DNA from: Octopus bimaculoides
Lineage: Eukaryota
Assembly (NCBI RefSeq): GCF_001194135.2
Contig: NC_068983.1
Coordinates: 77,409,098 to 77,444,617 of the forward strand
DNA length: 35,520 nucleotides
Direction of reading: 5' to 3'
The translations under genes were made by a program, and so were the position numbers. The notes beneath the pieces are model-generated. The model worked only from the letters and a program-made list of their open reading frames with translations, was not told where the DNA came from and ran no database searches. How positions within the stretch are numbered: position 1 is the stretch's first letter; each line of letters opens with the position of its first letter. Shown here one piece after another: positions 25,780-35,520 of this stretch.

Positions 25780-26570
25780 CGTAATTAGCCTCGTAATGTG
25801 TAAGCGGAAGTGAGATCAGTATGTTTAGTATATTTGTGTATTAGGAATGATACTAGCGTGGGTGGCATGATAATAACTAGCACCTGATTAACAATGTTGA
25901 AACTATCTAGTACCGCTGACATCAGCGACGGGCTCTTTGGAAACACATTATCTTTCTGGCACAGTATGGATATTAATTTAGAATTATGTAACAAGCTTGA
26001 CGTATAACAAAAAAGAAATGAAGTAATCTAGCCTGTAAATCAAAACTAATGAGATCACTGTTACTAGATCTTTCAATCACCAAACAATATTTTGGCTCGC
26101 TTATCATAAAACAATTTTTTTATTGGAGAAAACCAGCGTATTTCATCCTCTTAGTGATTTAGCTTGTTTAGTAAGTGTTTTGCACATATCGATCAATTCT
26201 CTCTTGTTACATCAGATATTAACTGGACACTCAGCATCATACACGACTTGTACCGGATGTTCTTATGCACAACTCTTCTGATGGTGTATTCTGAAAACCT
26301 GAACATTGATTGCAATGGCACTTTTGATTTTCCTGAGGTTTTACCGATTATTTCTAGGACATTTTACACCAATTCATGTTTTCTGATGGTATTGGATCCC
26401 TGTGCATGACATGCATTTAAGTCTAACTGCTGATGTTGGATCCGCGTGAGGAGCTTCTAGCTTCTCTTGAACTTTGAAAACGAAGGATCAGAAAACTTTC
26501 CGGTAGCGAGCTATTTCTCTATTACTATACTACACATTTAAGACAACGATTATAACGTGCCTTTTCATTT
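25780..26570 (-). mobile_element. maT/DD37D-like transposase N-terminal and central relic
   Basis: Minus frames: IIVVLNV*YSNREIARYRKVF*SFVFKVQEKLEA, GKSK...FSEYTIRRVVHKNIRYKSCMM...QLISDVTREN...HLLNKL...WFS, MPP. Confidence 0.8.
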
Positions 26571-26609
26571 GATGTATCAACTTGACGCATTTGATGTATC
26601 AACTTGACG
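26566..26609. repeat. 22-bp perfect tandem duplication
   Basis: catttgatgtatcaacttgacg occurs twice. Confidence 0.95.
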
Positions 26610-26753
26610 ATATTTATCTAAAACGTAAGTTGGAAAAATATGGAAAGAAGGCAGAGCTTTTGAAAGCGGCATCCTCAGAAACCTGACGCAGCTTGTATAT
26701 CGTATTCACATATCCATATACCTATCTAGCAACCAGATTACAATGTTTAATGC

Positions 26754-26966
26754 TGGTATCAAATTTTGGCACAAGACCAGCAATTTCGTAGGAGTGGGTA
26801 AGTCGATTATATCGACACAAGTATTCAAATGGAACTTATTTTATCGGTACCGAAACGAGAAATTCCAAAGTCGATCTTAGCGGAATTTGAACACAGAACG
26901 TAAAGATGGGCGAAATGCCTCTAAGCATTTTGCTAGACATGCTAATTATTCTAGCAGCTCGCTGCC
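26754..26966 (-). mobile_element. SINE family A copy, full length
   Basis: Reverse complement: ggcagcgagctgctagaataattagc...gtgttcaaattccgctaagatcgac...aattgctggtcttgtgccaaaatttgatacca. Confidence 0.85.
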
Positions 26967-27025
26967 TTAATTACACTTTTAAAATTAAAGTATTAAATTA
27001 AGGCAGATATAATTTCAACTTAGAT

Positions 27026-27130
27026 CATTTCGACGTCAATAAAATAAGTACCATTTGAAGACTGAAGTCGATGCAATCTACTAGTCACTTCCCCCCAAAA
27101 TTGCTGGCCTTATGCTAAAATTTGAAACCA
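27026..27130 (+). mobile_element. SINE family A 3' half
   Basis: aataaaataagtacc...gtcgatgcaatc...aaaattgctggccttatgctaaaatttgaaacca. Confidence 0.8.
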
Positions 27131-27149
27131 GTAGTAAAGAATTAAATCA

Positions 27150-27212
27150 AGGCAGGGAACTGGCCGATTCGTTAGGATGCTGGCAAAATGCATAGCGGCA
27201 TTTCGTTCTTCA
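27150..27212 (+). mobile_element. SINE family A 5' fragment
   Basis: ggcagggaactggccgattcgttagg...aaatgcatagcggcatttcg. Confidence 0.7.
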
Positions 27213-28709
27213 GATTAATTTGTTTGTTCTAAGTATATTCGTAAATAATGCTCTGTAATAATTAAGGTTCTTAAACTGCGGTTTACATAAATTGAGATGT
27301 TCTATAGTTTGAGCAATTTTGCTTAGACACACTTTGGGTACATTATTTACTATCCACGCTTTGTATTATAGGAATATAATATGTCATCTGATAAGATAAT
27401 TTATTACACATTAGGGTTAGAAACAGCGTTAGTATTCTTTTAAGAAGTTGGCCTAAAGACCTCCGTGATATTTTCTGTAAAGAATCATCATTAATGCATT
27501 GACGTTGCCTTCTCTCAACCAATTGAGTGTGTCACTATATGCATGCATACAAGTACACACATGCATATATCTACATAGATTATGTGTTAGGAGATCGAAT
27601 GTTACGTTGCGATATAGATACACATACACAAACCGATACCTATTAAAATGCGCAGTATCCTGTAAGTCAGTAGAGTGCTTTTGAATATCCTATTGAATAA
27701 CTGTCCGTCGAAGCTCATTGTGAAACAATATGCTTCAAATTATGCACTTCGCACTCGCATAACTGCATGAGAAGAATATCTTAATAACTCCATTGAGGAT
27801 AAATAGAAAAAAACATATATGCGTTCGTGTACTTTAAATTTGAGAGTGTGCATCTAGTTTCTCTTTCCCTTAGACATCTCGTCGCATTTCGAAGATAGTA
27901 TTTTACAATGCAATATTAAGTGATAGATAAAAGAAAGCGTTTTAAACAAATCTTAAAAAATTATCATGTATAACATTTTCTGGTGTGTGAAGCAGAATGT
28001 TGATTACCACACGTATTTCGATCAAGAGCCGCCATAGGCCATTATTACGATACTGTTACGTGATGGTAGATGTTTCTAAACAATGTATGCAACTGTATCT
28101 ATGTAGGAAAACTAATCTGAAAATCAGAGATAAATTTGTTAAATATGTGGTCAAGATAAATATAAGGAATGCTAAAAGAACTGTTACAAAGTGCTTCTTT
28201 AAATGTAAACAAATGAGATCCTCATTTATGTCTGTATGTTTCTGTGCGCGTGTATGTATATGAGTGTGCATAAATATGTATGTGCGTGTGTGTGTGTGCG
28301 GGTGCGTGTGTAATGATGTGGTAACAAGTAAAAGGATAAATGTATATATGTATATGCATGCAACACAAACATATATGATCATTAAGTTTTAAGTTTTCGT
28401 CTTTCTCAAAATCAGTGAGAACTCAAAACTATCCACACATATACTTCTGCACATGTAAGCTGCTGCACTTGCTATTCCTATTAAATATTTGAGATGTAGT
28501 CTAAACAAGATGGAGGAGCCATTTGGTATATTTGAAAGCCCAATACAAATTCCTATACTGCATTTAAGACTCCAACCGGTTATACAATACAATTTTTGCT
28601 TTCCTATTCTGGTTAAGGGTCATATCTGTATTAGAAAGTGTCACTTTCAACAATGAGACGTAAAGAATAGAAAATAATCACAGACTCAGACATACAAATA
28701 GGGTTAGCT

Positions 28710-28802
28710 TTATATATGTGTGTGTGTGTCTGTGTGCGCTCACATGTGTGAGTGTCAATATCTATACATGTATATATATATGCATAATCTAGTTATGTAT
28801 GC

Positions 28803-28870
<68 letters not shown>

Positions 28871-28890
28871 GCACAAATACATATAAATAT
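28710..28890. repeat. (TG)/(TA)n microsatellite
   Basis: Direct. Confidence 0.9.
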
Positions 28891-30299
28891 ATAACAGTCA
28901 GGCAGTCAATATACAATCAATAAAATATCTAAATTTGATATTAACTTGTCACCAAACAAATATATTTTGTTTTCTACCTATTATTTTCCGATCTTAATAT
29001 ATCATTCGGTGAGACATTATCCTTTGTTTCGGAACTTTTCAATTTTTATTGCAAATCTAACTGTCCTTGTGTCACATTTATCATCTATTCAATATAAAAA
29101 CTGCTTTACCATAAAACACTAATAGTCTCTATCAATTGGTATCAATTTACGTGATTTAAAGTATTTATAAGTATTTTGTGGAGCGAAGGTATAAATCGCT
29201 CCGTTTGTGTGTATGTCCGAGTCTATATAATGTACGTATGTTTGTGAAGGTTATAAGTTCGATTGTATAGAAGCCATTACATATATATACATATCAATAC
29301 AGTATTTTAGTAAGCACAACGTTCCTGACTCTTACACACTTCTCTTACACAATTTGGACATCGTTTTAAAACATGGAATATTATTTAAATATTTAAATAT
29401 TACTCAGAAAGCGTTGATTTCTGATTTCCGTCTTCATTATTCTCCCCTATCGATTTCTCCCTCTTTCCTTCTGCCCCCTATATCTATCTATCTATCTCAC
29501 TTTCGAGACATTTTCTGTCATCATCGCATCCTTGGACTGCACCAACAGATATTCACATCAGTCTTCAGACATATATTCGACTATATATATANNNNNNNNN
29601 NNNNNNNNNNNNNNNNNNNNNNNNNNNNNNNNNNNNNNNNNNNNNNNNNNNNNNNNNNNNNNNNNNNNNNNNNNNNNNNNNNNNNNNNNNNNNNNNNNNN
29701 NNNNNNNNNNNTTCCTGTTAAAGTGTTTCAAAATTCTTGTACCATGCACCAACTCTTAGCGTAACACGAAATATATATATACATAACTGATCAACAAAGC
29801 GTTGATCTATTATGAAAATATGAATATCGAATGGGGTATTTCAACGTAATTGCAGCGCTTTATTGCGAACAGCATTGAGACTACCCTTATAAAATATCCA
29901 TCATTAAAGGAAGACTACATCTTCCGCATGAATAGTGTTATACAATGAAGTCGAGTCCATAAGAACGAAGTCTACACCGGCAAGAAACCATTGTCCCCAT
30001 GTGTCGCTCTGAAGACCAAATATAACAGACGATGACGAACACCAACATCGATCATAACTTCTGTAAATAATTTCCAGAAAACAGAATTGAGTGGTGTTAC
30101 TTCACCAACATTTAAGTAGAAAAATTTGAAAACTTCGATGAAGATGTGAAGTTATACGTCTACACCGCAACTGACCATTAGAATTGACTTCTGCAGATAA
30201 TTATTCCACGCAAAATTTAGTTTTGTCAAGCATCAAAGACACCGAGATGAAATAAAATAAGCACAAACGAAAAAAGTATTCCGAAAAGAGGAAGAGCCT

Positions 30300-30315
30300 A
30301 CACATATGCATATAC

Positions 30316-30364
<49 letters not shown>

Positions 30365-31144
30365 TATAAGAGTAGTTATAATTAANNNNNNNNNNNNNNN
30401 NNNNNNNNNNNNNNNNNNNNNNNNNNNNNNNNNNNNNNNNNNNNNNNNNNNNNNNNNNNNNNNNNNNNNNNNNNNNNNNNNNNNNNNNNNNNNNNNNNNN
30501 NNNNNNNNNNNNNNNNNNNNNNNNNNNNNNNNNNNNNNNNNNNNNNNNNNNNNNNNNNNNNNNNNNNNNNNNNNNNNNNNNNNNNNNNNNNNNNNNNNNN
30601 NNNNNNNNNNNNNNNNNNNNNNNNNNNNNNNNNNNNNNNNNNNNNNNNNNNNNNNNNNNNNNNNNNNNNNNNNNNNNNNNNNNNNNNNNNNNNNNNNNNN
30701 NNNNNNNNNNNNNNNNNNNNNNNNNNNNNNNNNNNNNNNNNNNNNNNNNNNNNNNNNNNNNNNNNNNNNNNNNNNNNNNNNNNNNNNNNNNNNNNNNNNN
30801 NNNNNNNNNNNNNNNNNNNNNNNNNNNNNNNNNNNNNNNNNNNNNNNNNNNNNNNNNNNNNNNNNNNNNNNNNNNNNNNNNNNNNNNNNNNNNNNNNNNN
30901 NNNNNNNNNNNNNNNNNNNNNNNNNNNNNNNNNNNNNNNNNNNNNNNNNNNNNNNNNNNNNNNNNNNNNNNNNNNNNNNNNNNNNNNNNNNNNNNNNNNN
31001 NNNNNNNNNNNNNNNNNNNNNNNNNNNNNNNNNNNNNNNNNNNNNNNNNNNNNNNNNNNNNNNNNNNNNNNNNNNNNNNNNNNNNNNNNNNNNNNNNNNN
31101 NNNNNNNNNNNNNNNNNNNNNNNNNNNNNNNNNNNNNNNNNNNN

Positions 31145-31218
<74 letters not shown>

Positions 31219-31225
31219 TATAAGA
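30300..31225. repeat. (TA)n/(CA)n microsatellites around the 759-N gap (30386-31144)
   Basis: Direct. Confidence 0.9.
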
Positions 31226-31836
31226 GTAGTTATAATTAATGTCAGTCTACGCATTTGATTATAATTGTTTAATGTTCGCGTGCATAAGGACATGGAAAGA
31301 ATGCGCAGCAAAATCTTGAGTGAAGAAATTCTAATAGAGAATATGTGAATAATGCTGACGTCATCAAATGGAGAGTAAGACGCATGCATTTCTTTGATAT
31401 TACGCTTCATCAGTTACGGATACCGAGCCGTGATGAATGGCAGAAATGATCTAGTTACTCATGAGACTGTATATAACTATCATATATTTCTCCGAATGTT
31501 GCTCGGTGCACCTTTAGATATTTTCTTCTATCTTGATGTGGCCTTCAGCACATGAGTAAGAATATTATTTGCTATAATGATATAATTCATTACCTCTTAG
31601 CGGCTAGGAAAGTGGAGCTCGGTATACATTGCTTTTATTTCCAGCAGGTAGACATACTTAATATGTCCTTTCATTAATTTTAATCCTTCAGCTATTTAAT
31701 GCGTTTTGAGGGCCTGTAGTCGCCTTTATTATTGATTGTGTTATTATTATTTTTTTAATTGTAACACTAGATGATATTAGAGTCAATGATATCGTCACAA
31801 ATTATTTTCTCGTTAAATATTTCCTCCGTATTGAAA

Positions 31837-31880
<44 letters not shown>

Positions 31881-32418
31881 AAATTATACTAATCATATCG
31901 AAAATTATAAAGTTTATGATTTTCGATATGGTTAGTATTAAATTACTTTTTAATAATATTGTTTAACATTTTTCTATCTTAATATAATAAGTATTTTTAT
32001 ATATATTCATTTGTTATTTATTGTTAGTTGATATATAAATTCTTTTTATTATTATTATTGTTGTACTTTGACCTGAAGATTAGCTATATTTTTGAGTAGA
32101 ATTGATTTTCGATCGATTTAATCGATTTGAATATATTTCCATTTCTACTTGAAAAGATGGTTATGAAATGCGTGTAATCGTTTTATTATCATTATTTTAT
32201 GATATTTACTTTGTAATATGTTATACTTATTTATCGTGCATTTACTTATTAATGTTCTATGTGACTGTGGATTTTCATGGATCAGTTCATGAATTTTGGT
32301 TCTTTTCTCTAAAACTATATATTTATATATTTTATACTGTGAAACTTAATTTAATTTTTATTTTCGATAAATTAAATTTAATTGAGTTTTTACCTGTAAA
32401 TTTGGATTTTTAGCCCTA

Positions 32419-32419
<1 letters not shown>

Positions 32420-32492
<73 letters not shown>

Positions 32493-32525
32493 ATATATAT
32501 ATATGTGTGTGTAAGTGTGTGTGTA
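32420..32525. repeat. (TA)n(TG)n microsatellite
   Basis: Direct. Confidence 0.95.
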
Positions 32526-33527
32526 TGCAACCCATTCAATACAAACTCCATATTCAATCTAGAGATGGTTCCAAGTGTAGCGTATACATAGCAAGGGAGA
32601 ACAACACAAGGAGAGGTTAAAAATTCACATCAGCTGTTTCGAAAGCATTTTATTAGTGCATTCTTAGATTATGGCAGAAATCCTCCACCTTCAAGTGATA
32701 TTAAAGAAGCATATATGTTGGGCAGAAAAGACGAGCTGACTAGGTTACCAGGCTATTTGTTGAGACATGTGAAATCTTTCAAAACAATAAAACATATGAG
32801 CATCCCTTGTAAGACCCGTAAGGGTAAATTTCAAAACCTACTTGATTTCTCAAATCGATATCTTAATTAGTTTACGGCTCTGGCTGGAGTATGAAGAAAG
32901 CCAGGAAATGTAAAAGGAAAAAGAAAAAAACCTGCCGAGGAGAGGATGTAATTAAGACATCAAACAAAAGGTTCAGACTGTTACCACTTACCCGACATTG
33001 CGACACATATTCAGTGTATATACTATAATAGTATCTTGAATATGTACCTTAAAGATATGCATATACACACATGCATAGCTATAAGCATGCACTATCTCTC
33101 CAAACACGCACACACACAGACACCCACACAGAAATATGTACGTGCACACACATCCATTCATCAATGTTTTGTCTTCATTTCATTAAGACTAAAATTATAT
33201 AATCAAGCGTATGACTTTATCTGTATGTTTCCTGTTTTCATTTTCTTTTTTGATTTTTCATTTTCATCTATTACCAATTTATAGTTATTTATTATATCTC
33301 GTATATTCTAGAAGTGCTGATCGCTACATTTTATTATATTTTATTTTGATTATTTTCCTTTTGTAATGTTGCATCAACACATTATATAACACTAGAGTGT
33401 GTAAGTCGTGTACAATATAACTTCCCCAATATACATGTGAGTGTGGAAATATATGAGTGGATGAATGTATGGATATGCGCACATCTATGTGCGTATACTT
33501 ATATTGGTATATAGCATTAAACATACA

Positions 33528-33570
33528 TACATACATACATACATACATACATACATACATACATACATGT
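33528..33570. repeat. (CATA)n tetranucleotide repeat
   Basis: Direct. Confidence 0.95.
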
Positions 33571-33729
33571 ACGAGTCTATGTATATGCGTACGCGTGTGG
33601 GTTTCCACAAACATATGTGAAAGAATGTAGGTGTTTATAGTTACTTAGATTAGTTACATATAAAATTAAAATGGATGCGTTTGGTGAACGCAAATGTGTC
33701 TGATTTGGTTGAAAATAGAATTTTAAAAT

Positions 33730-34423
33730 ATTATATATATATATATATATANNNNNNNNNNNNNNNNNNNNNNNNNNNNNNNNNNNNNNNNNNNNNNNNN
33801 NNNNNNNNNNNNNNNNNNNNNNNNNNNNNNNNNNNNNNNNNNNNNNNNNNNNNNNNNNNNNNNNNNNNNNNNNNNNNNNNNNNNNNNNNNNNNNNNNNNN
33901 NNNNNNNNNNNNNNNNNNNNNNNNNNNNNNNNNNNNNNNNNNNNNNNNNNNNNNNNNNNNNNNNNNNNNNNNNNNNNNNNNNNNNNNNNNNNNNNNNNNN
34001 NNNNNNNNNNNNNNNNNNNNNNNNNNNNNNNNNNNNNNNNNNNNNNNNNNNNNNNNNNNNNNNNNNNNNNNNNNNNNNNNNNNNNNNNNNNNNNNNNNNN
34101 NNNNNNNNNNNNNNNNNNNNNNNNNNNNNNNNNNNNNNNNNNNNNNNNNNNNNNNNNNNNNNNNNNNNNNNNNNNNNNNNNNNNNNNNNNNNNNNNNNNN
34201 NNNNNNNNNNNNNNNNNNNNNNNNNNNNNNNNNNNNNNNNNNNNNNNNNNNNNNNNNNNNNNNNNNNNNNNNNNNNNNNNNNNNNNNNNNNNNNNNNNNN
34301 NNNNNNNNNNNNNNNNNNNNNNNNNNNNNNNNNNNNNNNNNNNNNNNNNNNNNNNNNNNNNNNNNNNNNNNNNNNNNNNNNNNNNNNNNNNNNNNNNNNN
34401 NNNNNNNNNNNNNNNNNNNNNNN

Positions 34424-34455
<32 letters not shown>

Positions 34456-34508
34456 AATATATACACACACAAACATATATATATATGCAGATATATACAT
34501 ATGTATGC

Positions 34509-34563
<55 letters not shown>

Positions 34564-34590
34564 CATGTATGCATGTATGTATGTATATGA
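33730..34590. repeat. (TA)n/(TG)n microsatellite around the 672-N gap (33752-34423)
   Basis: Direct. Confidence 0.9.
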
Positions 34591-34596
34591 ACATAT

Positions 34597-35254
34597 ATGT
34601 ACAGAACCAGAGAAGAAGAAACCATGATGGTCCTCTGGAAGACATTCGTCCTCAGCTGCCTGGATTACTGCTCCCAGCTATGGAAACCCAAAAGTGTAAA
34701 ATTAACAGTGGACCTTGAAGCAATCCAGGGAAGCTTCACAAAGAAGTACCTCTCATTTCAACAGCTCAACTACTGGGAAAGGCTGAAATAGCGAAGACTC
34801 GACACCCCGGAATATAGGCGGGAGAGGTATACATTAATATACATCTAGAAGATCCTGGAAGGAATTGCGCCAAATTTACGCATTGACAGCTCCATCAATC
34901 CCAGAACGGGTCGACACTGCACAATGCCAAATATCCCAGCAATGCCATCGCGCTTCAGGACCAGTTACTGCAACAGCCTGATTTTTAGGCGTCCACTGCT
35001 TTTTTAATATTTTCCCAAAGAACCTGAGGACCCTACACAAAGTGGATGTAGGTGCTTTCAAACCAAAACTGGACCTCTTCCTCTCGAGATTCCCGGTGAA
35101 CCTACCTCACAGAAAAAGGTGCAAATGAGGGTTGCGATATCTAACTACATTCTTCAGCAAGTGCCACATATTAAAGGAGGCTCTCAGTAATAACAGTGTA
35201 GCAAAACGGCGGTGCCCCACCATAGTCACAGGTCTGATCTGAAACAAACTACAA

Positions 35255-35256
<2 letters not shown>
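34597..35256 (+). mobile_element. 5'-truncated CR1/L2-like LINE: ORF2 C-terminus and 3'UTR
   Basis: VLWKTFVLSCLDYCSQLW...DLEAIQGSFTKK...LNYWERLK*, then RRERY, NPRTGRHC, FKPKLDLFL; the typical LDYCSxxW / YWERLK signature, with stops. Confidence 0.85.
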
Positions 35257-35289
<33 letters not shown>

Positions 35290-35520
35290 AGAATAAGGGC
35301 AGGGAATCGTCAATTAATAATAGAATTAATAATTAACAATTTTGCCAAGTAGTTCAGTATGAAAAAACCTTTATCGGTAAAACCATTTATCATCATAAAT
35401 ATACAGGGATTAGCAATTGAGTTGCTTCTCCAACATACTGAAAATTTAGAAATAGCAGTCAAAGAACTACTGATTCTAAACTACAAATTTTTCTCTAAAA
35501 CGGATGGCGATATTTATGGC

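Noticed and set aside
27997-28592. ORFs 27997..28263 (+) and 28389..28592 (-)
   Set aside because: No recognisable domain or convincing splice sites
30201-34718. Long 300+ aa ORFs and the many YI/HT/VC/poly-L/T/S ORFs
   Set aside because: Artefacts of N-runs and di-/trinucleotide microsatellites

Overview
AT-rich, gapped eukaryotic DNA with six N-runs. The SINE families, microsatellite load and TE spectrum look like an octopod cephalopod (Octopus-like); this is inferred from repeat content, not from a database search. I found no intact protein-coding gene, tRNA, rRNA or CRISPR array, and nearly all tracked ORFs are microsatellite or N artefacts. The window is mostly decayed mobile elements: an R4/Dong-type RLE LINE 3' end sitting in (AAT)n, several Penelope-like element (PLE) relics including a CxCx5Cx5C GIY-YIG-type end, an L1/Tx1 LINE 3' end, a CR1-like LINE 3' end, a mariner nested in a maT (DD37D-like) transposon, and about ten tRNA-derived SINE copies. 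The best leads are two degenerate hammerhead-ribozyme-like motifs, a close inverted SINE pair (candidate dsRNA/ADAR substrate), an orphan 26-bp hairpin, several strong splice-site pairs that may mark unannotated exons, and a probable false gap. I see no clear evidence for a novel multi-gene system.
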